64,000 bases of DNA from Candidatus Poribacteria bacterium (GCA_046582655.1 JAYGDX010000185.1:1-64000), one strand, 5' to 3'; counted from the first letter of the stretch, positions 53,451 to 63,394 are shown. Translations and numbers: made by a program. Notes: a model not told the origin generated them from the sequence alone.

Positions 53451-54311
53451 ATGGCTTTAACTGAAATGACTGATCGTGAGAAGTTTCTTTTTGATCTTCA
53501 GGGTTTTCTCGTTGTTCCAGGATTTCTCAGTCAGGATGAAATCGATAGCCTGAATGTTGCTGTTGATAGTAGCTCTGATCGTCGTAGTGAAGACGGTAAC
53601 TCCAACATAGCGGATTCCAAAACGCTAGGTGGTACGCATAAGCGCGGGATGTATTCTGGCATGCTGAATTGGCCGAAACCACATTGCCAACCGTTTCGTG
53701 AACTTATTGTTCATCCCAAGGCAATTCCTTATTTGAATACAATTCATGGCCGTGGTTGGCGGCTTGATCATTCACCGTTTATTTTGACGTCTGATTACAA
53801 TACAGAAGGGTTGGTAATTCACGGATCAACGGATCGGCACTTTGATGGAGCGCAATACTATACCTACAGAAATGGTCGGATACGCTGTGGAATGGTCGTT
53901 TTGCAATACCAGTTGGCGGATGTTTTCGAAGGTGATGGGGGGCTTTGTGTCGTCCCTGGGAGCCACAAAGCTAATTTCTCTTGTCCGCAAAAAATTAGGG
54001 AGTGGGAGATTGATAAAAAAGTTGTTTATAATATCCCTTGTAAAGCGGGCGATCTGGTTATCTTTAGCGAATCTACACTCCACGGCACTATCCCTTGGTC
54101 AGCTAAAGATCGCGAGCGAAGATCTTTGCTCATTCGGTATTCACCGAAGTACCTGCACTTTGCAGGAGGATATTATGATGCAGAGTTTCCTGAATGGGTG
54201 GGCGAGTTGACTGAAGCACAGCGATCTGTTTTGGAGCCCCCTTACATTTATAATCGACCTTTAATTGAGGATGATGGCAAGACAGTTGTTCGGCCTCGTC
54301 GCGAAGGCTAA
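53451..54311 (+). CDS. PhyH-family dioxygenase-like protein embedded in the nuo operon
   Basis: EKFLFDLQGFLVV, GGLCVVPGSHKAN, KAGDLVIFSESTLHGT, RRSLLIRYSP. Confidence 0.88.
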   Translation: MALTEMTDREKFLFDLQGFLVVPGFLSQDEIDSLNVAVDSSSDRRSEDGNSNIADSKTLGGTHKRGMYSGMLNWPKPHCQPFRELIVHPKAIPYLNTIHGRGWRLDHSPFILTSDYNTEGLVIHGSTDRHFDGAQYYTYRNGRIRCGMVVLQYQLADVFEGDGGLCVVPGSHKANFSCPQKIREWEIDKKVVYNIPCKAGDLVIFSESTLHGTIPWSAKDRERRSLLIRYSPKYLHFAGGYYDAEFPEWVGELTEAQRSVLEPPYIYNRPLIEDDGKTVVRPRREG

Positions 54312-54341
54312 AGCATTGTTGGATATGAGGAAGGTACCGTA

Positions 54342-56003
54342 ATGGCATTTATCAAATTAAATGACCTTGAGCTTGAAGTAGAAGATGGAATTAATATCAT
54401 TCAAGCTGCTCAACAGGTTGGTATTGAGGTTCCTCATTACTGCTTCCATTCTGGGCTATCTCGACCAGCTAACTGTCGGATGTGTTTAGTTGAACCCCAT
54501 GAATTTTTCCCGCCAGCTGGTAAGATTGTGCCAGCACGACAACTTGCGACAGGTTGTACAACAACAGTGAGAACAGCACCAGAGGATAGAAAGCTGGAAG
54601 GTAAGTATGACTTTATCGTTCGCACAGATTCACCACGCGTCAAAAAGGCTCGTGAGAATATTTTGGAGTTTTTGCTGATTCATCATCCACTTGATTGCCC
54701 GGTTTGTGATCAAGCGGGCGAATGTACGCTACAAGATTTCAGCTTTAACCACGGTAGTGGAACAAGCCGGTATATTGAAGTTAAGAACGTTCCTCCCAAG
54801 AAGGATCTCGGTCCGGAAGTCCTACTCTACTCAACCCGTTGTATCGTTTGTACCCGTTGTATTCGTTTTTGCGATGAAGTGACAGGCACTGGTGAGTTAG
54901 GCATCGTTCACCGCGGATCGAAAAACGAAATTGATATTCCCAGAAAACATGATGGAACGCCAACCCAACTACTTGATAATAAGTTGTCCGGAAATGTTGT
55001 TGATATCTGTCCCGTTGGGGCTTTAAAGAGTAAGGATTTTCTATTCAAATCACGTCCTTGGTTCATGAAGACTGTCAACACGGTTTGCTCTGGATGCAGT
55101 GTTGGTTGTAATATCACCTTGGACTTTAAGGATGACGGTGTTTATCGGTTAAAGCCACGCTATCATGAACGTATTAACCAACATTGGATGTGTGATGATG
55201 GACGTCTTGGTTATCATTATGTGAATAGTGAAGACCGTCTTCAAACACCGATGAAACGTGTTGATGGCAGTTTGGTACCAACGTCATGGGCAGATGCGTT
55301 CAGCATAATTTCAGAGCAGCTATCCGCAGTTGATCCTGATTCAATGGCTATCGTAGGATCCGCCCAAATTACCAATGAAGAGAATTACCTTCTCCGGAAA
55401 CTTGCAGATCAGCTTGAGGTTGATACCATCGGAATATTTGGCAGGAAATTGGGTGATGAATATGTGTATCCAAAGTTTACAATTGAATCCGATAAGAATC
55501 CGAATACTCGTGGTGCGAAGGATATGCTGTGTCAGAATGGAACCGAAGTTTTGGAAGATGGCCCACTATGGTCGGCTTTGTCAGACAAAAAGTTTGTTTA
55601 TCTGGTAAATGGTACGCCTGAACGGCCACTCGATGAAACTGAATGTGATGCCCTAGAAAAAGCTGGGTTTTTGGTAGTTCAGGATATTTTGTTGTCTGAG
55701 GTGGCTGAATTGGCTGATATTGTACTGCCAGGAGCAACTTTCGCTGAGAAGGATGGTTGCTTCACCAATTCTAAGGGGTGGGTGCAGCGCATCCGAAAAT
55801 CCATCAGTTCCCCAGGACAAGCACAGCCTGATTGGGAAATCATTCAGCAGATTGTCAAGAAACTTGGTGGCGATATCGACTATAATTTCGTTGGTGAAAT
55901 CGCGTTGGAAATAGCCGAAAAAGTCGCCGGTTATCAGGATGCAAATCATCAGCAGATCAGCGATCAAGGTGTTTTGATTAACAGTTTGAGTGTTGATCAA
56001 TGA
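54342..56003 (+). CDS. nuoG: NADH-quinone oxidoreductase subunit G (short form)
   Basis: C..CRMC..C, HPLDCPVCDQAGEC, CIVCTRC..ICPVG, CSGCSVGC..C. Confidence 0.93.
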   Translation: MAFIKLNDLELEVEDGINIIQAAQQVGIEVPHYCFHSGLSRPANCRMCLVEPHEFFPPAGKIVPARQLATGCTTTVRTAPEDRKLEGKYDFIVRTDSPRVKKARENILEFLLIHHPLDCPVCDQAGECTLQDFSFNHGSGTSRYIEVKNVPPKKDLGPEVLLYSTRCIVCTRCIRFCDEVTGTGELGIVHRGSKNEIDIPRKHDGTPTQLLDNKLSGNVVDICPVGALKSKDFLFKSRPWFMKTVNTVCSGCSVGCNITLDFKDDGVYRLKPRYHERINQHWMCDDGRLGYHYVNSEDRLQTPMKRVDGSLVPTSWADAFSIISEQLSAVDPDSMAIVGSAQITNEENYLLRKLADQLEVDTIGIFGRKLGDEYVYPKFTIESDKNPNTRGAKDMLCQNGTEVLEDGPLWSALSDKKFVYLVNGTPERPLDETECDALEKAGFLVVQDILLSEVAELADIVLPGATFAEKDGCFTNSKGWVQRIRKSISSPGQAQPDWEIIQQIVKKLGGDIDYNFVGEIALEIAEKVAGYQDANHQQISDQGVLINSLSVDQ

Positions 56004-56011
56004 TCTGAGGT

Positions 56012-56047
56012 GCGAGTGAGGGAAATCTGGTGCCTTACTCGCTTTTT
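56012..56047 (+). terminator. Intrinsic terminator-like hairpin between nuoG and nuoH
   Basis: GCGAGTGAGG...CCTTACTCGC (10 bp, one G-U pair) followed by TTTTT. Confidence 0.6.
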
Positions 56048-56084
56048 GTATGCAAAAAATTGAGTGAAAAAGCATTAGAAAACT

Positions 56085-57293
56085 ATGGAAAACTTGCCGT
56101 TAAGCTTATTTCTTATTAGTTCTAGCATCAAGATTCTTATCATTGTCCATATGCTGCTGATTGGTGTGATGGGAATGATTTGGGCAGAACGCAGAGTCAG
56201 TGCTTGGATGCAAGATCGCTATGGGCCGAATCGTGTAGGACCGCAGGGACTCTTGCAACCAATTGCCGATGGAATAAAATTTTTATTCAAAGAAGATCTC
56301 ATACCGGATCACGTTGATAAAGTTGTCTATGTCATCGCACCAGCTATTATTTTGGTTCCAGCTTTGATTACTTGTGCAGTTGTACCCTTTGGCAATGAAA
56401 TTCCGGTGTCATGGGGTGGTCGAGAGTACAGAATTCCGCTCCAGATTGCTGACATTGATATTGGAATACTTTACATTTTGGCTATTACATCACTTGGAGT
56501 TTATGGAGTGGTACTTGGTGCATGGGCTTCTAACAATAAGTATTCGTTTCTTGGTGGTATACGGGCATCAGCTCAGATGATTAGCTACGAATTACCGCTT
56601 GGTCTCTCAATTGTTGGTGTGTTGATGCTGAGTGAGTCACTGAGACTAAGAGAGATTGTTCTAGCACAATCTAGCTTTCTACACTGGAATTTCCTGACAC
56701 ATTTCCCTTCCTTCCTAGTCTTTATCATTGCTATATTTGCAGAAACGAACCGCCTGCCTTTTGATGTCGCCGAAGCGGAGCAGGAGCTCGTTGGCGGTTA
56801 CCATACGGAATATAGCAGCATGAAATTTGCCATGTATTTCATGGCGGAATATCTGCACATGATAGTTGGGTCGGTGGTAGTGGTTGTCCTTTTCTTGGGT
56901 GGATGGTATTTCCCAGGATTAGAAAAACTGGTTGATTCGGGAACGCTGCTCGGCGGCTTGCTTTCCTTTATTATCGTATTTGTTAAGACCTCATTTTTCC
57001 TTTTCTTCTTTATTTGGGTTCGTTGGTCATTGCCTCGTTTTCGCTATGATCAACTGATGAACCTCGGTTGGAAGGTCTTATTGCCGATTGCATTAACTTC
57101 GATCGTGGTAACAGCTGTTGTTTGGGTAGCTAGTGAATCTAGGTTATGGGTTGGTATCTTCAACGTTATTTCTGCCGTAGTTGTTACTTCGACCGTTACG
57201 ACTCTGGTGTCAATGAGAAACGAACCTAAGGTTGTTATAGAAGATAACTCAGACATTGTTAGTGATGAATCTCCAAGTTTTATGACCCAATAA
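56085..57293 (+). CDS. nuoH: NADH-quinone oxidoreductase subunit H
   Basis: GPNRVGPQGLLQPIADGIK, ETNRLPFD..EAEQELVGGY, PRFRYDQLM. Confidence 0.97.
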   Translation: MENLPLSLFLISSSIKILIIVHMLLIGVMGMIWAERRVSAWMQDRYGPNRVGPQGLLQPIADGIKFLFKEDLIPDHVDKVVYVIAPAIILVPALITCAVVPFGNEIPVSWGGREYRIPLQIADIDIGILYILAITSLGVYGVVLGAWASNNKYSFLGGIRASAQMISYELPLGLSIVGVLMLSESLRLREIVLAQSSFLHWNFLTHFPSFLVFIIAIFAETNRLPFDVAEAEQELVGGYHTEYSSMKFAMYFMAEYLHMIVGSVVVVVLFLGGWYFPGLEKLVDSGTLLGGLLSFIIVFVKTSFFLFFFIWVRWSLPRFRYDQLMNLGWKVLLPIALTSIVVTAVVWVASESRLWVGIFNVISAVVVTSTVTTLVSMRNEPKVVIEDNSDIVSDESPSFMTQ

Positions 57294-57313
57294 ATTTAGG
57301 AGAAGTCCTCGTT

Positions 57314-57961
57314 ATGGTTTTATTAGTGATTTTCGGCTTGGTAGCGATTTGTTCCGCGATATGTGTGGTAGCTTTTAAGAATCCGATTCATAGTGCGCTG
57401 GCTCTGATCTTGACCTTCTTTTCACAAGCAGGTTTGTTTATCGCACTCGGTGCCCATTTTGTCGCAGCCGTTCAGGTGATTGTTTATGCGGGGGCTATTA
57501 TGGTGCTTTTTCTATTTGTGATTATGCTCCTAAATTTGGGAAGCCTTCAGGACACGGCTCGTCAGAACATCAGTGCGATCAAGATTTTTGTGCTGGTTTT
57601 AGCCGTTTTACTGGCCATCGAGGGGATTACGGTTGCTCGGTATGTTGATCAAAGTGGTAATGTCATCAAGCAGCAAAGTGCCGAGGTCGTTATCCAAACG
57701 TTGAAAGACGATTTCAAGATGAACGATGAAGACATTAAGCATTCAATTGAAGAACTGTACGGAGAAGGCACCTTGGTTTCAGATTTAACCAGTGTTCAAG
57801 CGACTAGATTAATCCATGGTGAAATGGGAAAAGCAGAACGAATAGGGGCTCTTTTGTTCAGTAAATTTGTTCTTCCTTTTGAGGTGACTTCATTTATACT
57901 CATTGCAGCTCTTATTGGTGTTATTGCTATTGTTAACAGAGAACCGCAAGAAACCACGTAA
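57314..57961 (+). CDS. nuoJ: NADH-quinone oxidoreductase subunit J
   Basis: NPIHSAL, QVIVYAGAIMVLFLFVIMLL, LPFEVTS. Confidence 0.95.
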   Translation: MVLLVIFGLVAICSAICVVAFKNPIHSALALILTFFSQAGLFIALGAHFVAAVQVIVYAGAIMVLFLFVIMLLNLGSLQDTARQNISAIKIFVLVLAVLLAIEGITVARYVDQSGNVIKQQSAEVVIQTLKDDFKMNDEDIKHSIEELYGEGTLVSDLTSVQATRLIHGEMGKAERIGALLFSKFVLPFEVTSFILIAALIGVIAIVNREPQETT

Positions 57962-58023
57962 GATTACTTACAGTTAAAGAAACTAATTAATTTAGATTGT
58001 TTTAGGTTATTTAAAGTTAGAAT

Positions 58024-58323
58024 ATGCTACTACAGTACTACATGGTTTTAAGCGCATTGCTTTTCACTATCGGGGTTATAGGTGTATTGATCCGTAGGAA
58101 CGCGATTATTATTTTTATGTGTATTGAAATAATGCTGAATGCTGTCAATTTGTTATTTGTCGCCTTTTCTCGGGAATTAGGGGATCCTTCTGGGCAGGTT
58201 ATCGTTTTTTTCGTCATGACGGTTGCCGCGGCTGAAGTGGCCATCGGATTAGCAATCATCGTTAGTGTTTTTAATAACCATGCAACTGTCAATGTAGATG
58301 AGATTAGGTCGATGAAGGGGTAG
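58024..58323 (+). CDS. nuoK: NADH-quinone oxidoreductase subunit K
   Basis: [21 protein letters not shown]. Confidence 0.96.
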   Translation: MLLQYYMVLSALLFTIGVIGVLIRRNAIIIFMCIEIMLNAVNLLFVAFSRELGDPSGQVIVFFVMTVAAAEVAIGLAIIVSVFNNHATVNVDEIRSMKG

Positions 58324-58337
58324 TTGAAGGGGATTTT

Positions 58338-60242
58338 ATGTCATCAACGATAATTTTACTTCTAATGATATCACCGTTGATTGGCTTTCTCGTCAATGGG
58401 ATTTTCGGTAAGTTGACAAGGAAAGCAAGTGGTGTGATTGCTTGCGCGGCTATACTTACATCATTGGTTTGTTCCATATTATTGTTTTCTGAAGTTGACA
58501 ATAATGTGGCAAGTGGTGATAGTGCTTATTTTGACGGTTCCCTATATGAATGGATCTCTGCTGGTGAACTTTCAGTTGAGATTGGAGTCCGTATCGACTC
58601 ATTGACTTTGGTCATGTTGCTGGTAATCACGGGGGTTGGATTTTTCATCCATGTGTATTCGATTGGCTATATGCACGACGATCCGGGATATACACGCTAT
58701 TTTGCCTATCTTAACTTGTTTGTGTTCGCAATGCTTATTCTTGTTTTAGCCAATAACTATGCCATGATGTTTATTGGTTGGGAAGGTGTTGGGCTCTGCT
58801 CCTATTTGCTGATTGGTTTTTGGTATGAGAAGAAGTCCGCAACTGATGCTGGTAAGAAAGCTTTTATTGTCAACCGAATTGGCGATTTTGGGTTTTTGCT
58901 TGGAATGTTCACTCTATTTGCTGCCTTCGGTTCCTTTGGATTTGAAAAGGTCTTTCACGATGCAGAGATGGGTCATTACACAAAGATCTTTGGAGAGAAT
59001 ACGCTGAAAATTGCAACGCTACTCCTGTTTGTTGGTGCCATCGGGAAATCGGCGCAAATTCCACTCTATGTTTGGCTGCCTGATGCGATGGAAGGACCAA
59101 CACCTGTTAGCGCATTGATCCATGCTGCCACAATGGTCACTGCCGGGGTTTATATGATTGCTAGGTCCTCAGTTTTGTTCACTATTGCTGAAACTGGGGT
59201 TTACGTCGCTTGGATTGGTGTTTTAACTGCATTATTGGCAGCCACAATGGCAATTACAGCAAACGACATCAAACGGGTGTTGGCCTACTCCACAGTAAGC
59301 CAATTAGGTTATATGATGGTAGGGGTGGGTGTTGGTGCTTATGTTTCGGGTATTTTTCACTTGGTGACTCATGCATTTTTTAAAGGGTTAATGTTTTTAG
59401 CTGCGGGAAGCGTGATGCATGCAATGTCAAACGAATTGGATATGCGGAAAATGGGTGGATTAAAGTCGAAGTTGCCCATTACCTACTGGACGTTTTTGGC
59501 CGGAGCATTGGCAATTGCTGGCGTTCCAGGATTAAGCGGTTTCTGGAGTAAGGATGAGATTCTACATTCAGCGTGGGACAGTGGACATCACGCGGTTTTC
59601 TTCCTCGGATTGGTGACAGCAGCACTGACAGCTTTTTACATGTTTCGGTTAATCTTCGTAACTTTCCATGGACAATCCCGTGTGGATCCGCATGTCGAAT
59701 CACATCTGCACGAATCGCCGCCTGTGATGTGGGTGCCATTGGTAGTGTTGGCTGTTCCGTCCTTGTTTATTGGCTTAGTTGTAGGTTGGGGCGGGCATGA
59801 TAGTGCTTTCCACCATTTTCTAGGTGATGTGTTTCCTGCCACTGTACATCAGGAACAACCCAGTTCACCCTTGCCATTTATGCTGATTTCAACGATTGTT
59901 GCTTTCTTTGGGATTATATCGGCTTATATTCTTTACAGTAAAGATTCACCAAAAGACGAACCTGAGAATTTCCCGATGGAATTGTTAACCAACAAATATT
60001 ATATCGACGAAATATATGACGCTGTCATTGTTAAGCCCATAAAAGGTATATCGCAATATGGGCTGTGGAGAATTGTAGATGTGGTTATCATCGACTTCCT
60101 GTGTGTGGGTGGCGTTTCACTTTTAACACGTGGTACAGGCGGATTGCTGAGGTATCTTCAAACTGGAATCGTCCAGTCTTACATATTATCAATGGTTATT
60201 GGTATTGTGTTGTTCTTAGGATATTATTTATTCGTGAGGTAA
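58338..60242 (+). CDS. nuoL: NADH-quinone oxidoreductase subunit L
   Basis: GWEGVG, KSAQIPLYVWLPDAMEGPTPVSALIHAATMV, GFWSKD. Confidence 0.97.
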   Translation: MSSTIILLLMISPLIGFLVNGIFGKLTRKASGVIACAAILTSLVCSILLFSEVDNNVASGDSAYFDGSLYEWISAGELSVEIGVRIDSLTLVMLLVITGVGFFIHVYSIGYMHDDPGYTRYFAYLNLFVFAMLILVLANNYAMMFIGWEGVGLCSYLLIGFWYEKKSATDAGKKAFIVNRIGDFGFLLGMFTLFAAFGSFGFEKVFHDAEMGHYTKIFGENTLKIATLLLFVGAIGKSAQIPLYVWLPDAMEGPTPVSALIHAATMVTAGVYMIARSSVLFTIAETGVYVAWIGVLTALLAATMAITANDIKRVLAYSTVSQLGYMMVGVGVGAYVSGIFHLVTHAFFKGLMFLAAGSVMHAMSNELDMRKMGGLKSKLPITYWTFLAGALAIAGVPGLSGFWSKDEILHSAWDSGHHAVFFLGLVTAALTAFYMFRLIFVTFHGQSRVDPHVESHLHESPPVMWVPLVVLAVPSLFIGLVVGWGGHDSAFHHFLGDVFPATVHQEQPSSPLPFMLISTIVAFFGIISAYILYSKDSPKDEPENFPMELLTNKYYIDEIYDAVIVKPIKGISQYGLWRIVDVVIIDFLCVGGVSLLTRGTGGLLRYLQTGIVQSYILSMVIGIVLFLGYYLFVR

Positions 60243-60245
60243 TTT

Positions 60246-61805
60246 TTGTTGCTTTCAATTATTATTTTCCTCCCATTACTAGGAGCGGTTCTGGTCGCTA
60301 TCGCCAAGTTTCTTAACTTGGGAGATTCGGCTCTGAAGGGGATTGCTTTTCTAGCTGCACTCCTCACTTTCGTCATTTCGGTCTCGCTTTATTTCAACTT
60401 CGATCTTGCTCCTGAAAACGAGGGAATGAAGTATCATGTCGATATCCAGTGGATTGAAGGATTGGGAATCAATTACCAAATTGGAATCGATGGCATCTCA
60501 CTTTGGATAGTCTTATTGACGACCTTTCTAACGCCGATTTGTATTTTGGCATCATGGAATTCAGTGGAAAAAAGTATATCAGGGTTTATGATTACGCTTT
60601 TGACACTTGAAACTGCCATGGTTGGTGTTTTTTGTGCATTGGATATGTTCCTGTTTTTTGTGTTCTGGGAGTCGATTTTGATACCGATGTATTTCCTCAT
60701 CGGTATTTGGGGAGGAAGAAGACGTATTTACGCCACAATCAAGTTCGTGCTGTACACGATGGTGGGTAGTGTGTTGATGCTGGTTGGAATTCTGTACCTC
60801 TATTTTCAGAATAATAATAGTTTCGATTTATTACAACTTTATGGGCTAACCAGTTCTATTGCTCCAGAAAAGCAAAAATTACTTTTCCTGGCGTTTTTCA
60901 TTGCTTTTGCCATTAAAGTGCCACTATTTCCTTTCCATACTTGGCTTCCTGACGCGCACGTTGAGGCCCCAACTGCGGGGAGTGTGATTCTTGCTGGAGT
61001 TTTGCTGAAAATGGGAACCTATGGCATTGTTCGGTTTTGTTTGCCGTTATTCCCGGCAGGTGTTATTGCTTATACGCCTTTAATTGTAACACTATCCGTA
61101 ATTGGTATTATTTATGGTGCGTTGGTGGCGATGGTTCAGCCGGATCTAAAAAAGCTGGTTGCTTATTCCAGTGTTAGCCACTTGGGGTTCGTCGTACTGG
61201 GACTTTTTGCACTTAACGATCAAAGTGTGCAGGGAGCAATCTTACAAATGGTGAACCATGGCCTCAGTACAGGTGCTTTGTTCTTGATTGTTGGTATGAT
61301 TTACGAACGACGTCATACGCGGATGATTTCAGATTTTGGAGGGTTATCCAAGTCGATGCCAGTTTTTGCAGTGTTTTTTATGATTGTTACCCTCTCTTCC
61401 ATCGGATTACCAGGATTGAACGGGTTTGTAGGTGAGTTCATGATCCTGCTCGGCAGTTTCGTTTCAGATAAGTTTTCAAGAATCTATGTGGTGATTGCGA
61501 CTTCAGGTGTTGTTTTCGTAGCAGTATATATGCTATGGATGTTTCAACGAGTGATGTTTGGTAAACTTGATAATCCAAAGAATCAGGACTTGAAGGATCT
61601 GAGCATACGGGAAATAGCTGTGCTGGTTCCTATAATTGTCTTCATCATTTGGATTGGTGTGTATCCTAAACCCTTTTTAAGCAAGATAGAAAAATCAGTT
61701 AATAGTATTGTCATTTTGAATACGGAAGATTCATCCAAGAATACAGTGGGTATGGTTGGAACGTCTGTTAACTTTAAGACAATAAATTTAGATTTGCATA
61801 GATAA
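60246..61805 (+). CDS. nuoM: NADH-quinone oxidoreductase subunit M
   Basis: FWE, KVPLFPFHTWLPDAHVEAP, LLKMG, GLPGLNGFVGE. Confidence 0.97.
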   Translation: MLLSIIIFLPLLGAVLVAIAKFLNLGDSALKGIAFLAALLTFVISVSLYFNFDLAPENEGMKYHVDIQWIEGLGINYQIGIDGISLWIVLLTTFLTPICILASWNSVEKSISGFMITLLTLETAMVGVFCALDMFLFFVFWESILIPMYFLIGIWGGRRRIYATIKFVLYTMVGSVLMLVGILYLYFQNNNSFDLLQLYGLTSSIAPEKQKLLFLAFFIAFAIKVPLFPFHTWLPDAHVEAPTAGSVILAGVLLKMGTYGIVRFCLPLFPAGVIAYTPLIVTLSVIGIIYGALVAMVQPDLKKLVAYSSVSHLGFVVLGLFALNDQSVQGAILQMVNHGLSTGALFLIVGMIYERRHTRMISDFGGLSKSMPVFAVFFMIVTLSSIGLPGLNGFVGEFMILLGSFVSDKFSRIYVVIATSGVVFVAVYMLWMFQRVMFGKLDNPKNQDLKDLSIREIAVLVPIIVFIIWIGVYPKPFLSKIEKSVNSIVILNTEDSSKNTVGMVGTSVNFKTINLDLHR

Positions 61806-61833
61806 GCACAAGTTTAGATGAAATTATTATCGG

Positions 61834-63354
61834 ATGAGATCTAGAGTTGTTTTTGTTGTTATTGGTATTTTATTAATTTATTCTCCATCCCTTTATTCGG
61901 TTGAGGAGGCAAGTGAAGGTCAACCTGCTCAAGATAGCCATGGAGCTGAACACCACGCTTCGGATGATGAACATCATGGTGTTGATGGATCTGCATTGCC
62001 GTTATGGATGGTCATTCCCTTTGTTGGAATTCTGCTTTCGATTGCGATTTTCCCACTGGTGGCCGAACACTTCTGGCATCATCACTACGGCAAAGTCTCA
62101 TTGGTTTGGGCCTTGATTTTCGGTATTCCTTATCTGATTGCCTTTAAAGGGAATGGGTTTTATGATATTTTACATATCTACCTGTTAGACTACATTCCGT
62201 TTATTGTTCTGTTGTGGGGGCTGTATGTTGTTTCCGGTGGGATTCTTGTTCGTGGAACACTGCGAGGAACACCAACCGTTAATACTTTAATTTTGCTTCT
62301 TGGAACTGCAATTGCTTCTTGGGTTGGTACGACTGGTGCCTCGATGTTGCTGATCCGTCCAATGATTCGTGCCAATGCGTATCGGCAAAACAAAGTGCAT
62401 CTGATCATCTTCTTCATTTTCCTGGTTAGTAATATCGGTGGATCACTGACGCCGCTCGGCGATCCACCATTATTCCTTGGTTTTCTTCATGGTGTACCTT
62501 TCTTCTGGACAATGAACATTCTGCCGCATATGGTATTTGTCAGTGTATTGATACTGATTGTATTCTTCTTATTTGATTCCGTGATGTTTAAACGAGAAGG
62601 CGGGTCAGTTCCTGACGATGGGACAAGCGAACCTTTGCGCCTGGATGGAGCCTTCAACCTAATTTTCCTCCTCGGTGTAATGGGTGCAGTTTTGATGAGT
62701 GGAATGTGGAAACCCAACAAAGATTTCAATATTTTTGGCGTCCACCTTCCATTGCAGAATCTAGCCCGTGAAGTGATGATCATCGCCTGTGGCCTGTTTT
62801 CATTGAGGTTCACCCCTGTCTCTGGTGAGCTTCGCCAAGCAAATAGCTTTACATGGTTTCCTATTGAAGAGGTTGGTAAGCTTTTTGCGGGTATTTTTAT
62901 AACAATCATTCCTGCCCTGAAGATTCTACAGGCAGGTGCTGACGGGGCTTTCAGCAGTTTGGTAGCCGTGGTTGAGCAACCAGTGCACTATTTTTGGATT
63001 ACGGGTGGGCTCTCAAGTTTTCTTGATAACGCACCCACCTATCTCACATTTTTTAATATGGGACTTGGTAAACTTCACATGAGTGAAGATATGTTGCCTG
63101 AAATCCTTGCTTCAGGTTTTGACCTATCCAAAGATCTCAAGTATCAGACTTTTGTCGATTATCTTACGGCTATATCATGTGGTGCTGTATTCATGGGAGC
63201 AAACACCTACATCGGTAATGCCCCCAATTTTATGGTTAAGGCTATTGCCGAGAGTCAGGATGTCCGTATGCCGAGTTTCTTCGGTTACATGCTATGGTCC
63301 GGCCTAATTTTAATTCCGATTTTCGTGATTGTTACATTCGTATTTTTCCTCTAG
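61834..63354 (+). CDS. Ion-transporter (IT) superfamily permease, putative Na+/H+ antiporter, with His-rich N-terminal segment
   Basis: Polytopic; GTTGASMLLIRP, SNIGGSLTPLGDPPLFLG, LSSFLDNAPTYL, YIGNAPNFMVK. Confidence 0.8.
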   Translation: MRSRVVFVVIGILLIYSPSLYSVEEASEGQPAQDSHGAEHHASDDEHHGVDGSALPLWMVIPFVGILLSIAIFPLVAEHFWHHHYGKVSLVWALIFGIPYLIAFKGNGFYDILHIYLLDYIPFIVLLWGLYVVSGGILVRGTLRGTPTVNTLILLLGTAIASWVGTTGASMLLIRPMIRANAYRQNKVHLIIFFIFLVSNIGGSLTPLGDPPLFLGFLHGVPFFWTMNILPHMVFVSVLILIVFFLFDSVMFKREGGSVPDDGTSEPLRLDGAFNLIFLLGVMGAVLMSGMWKPNKDFNIFGVHLPLQNLAREVMIIACGLFSLRFTPVSGELRQANSFTWFPIEEVGKLFAGIFITIIPALKILQAGADGAFSSLVAVVEQPVHYFWITGGLSSFLDNAPTYLTFFNMGLGKLHMSEDMLPEILASGFDLSKDLKYQTFVDYLTAISCGAVFMGANTYIGNAPNFMVKAIAESQDVRMPSFFGYMLWSGLILIPIFVIVTFVFFL

Positions 63355-63394
63355 TCTTAGATTGTGAAAGAGTGAAATACAATGGAGTTTATAG

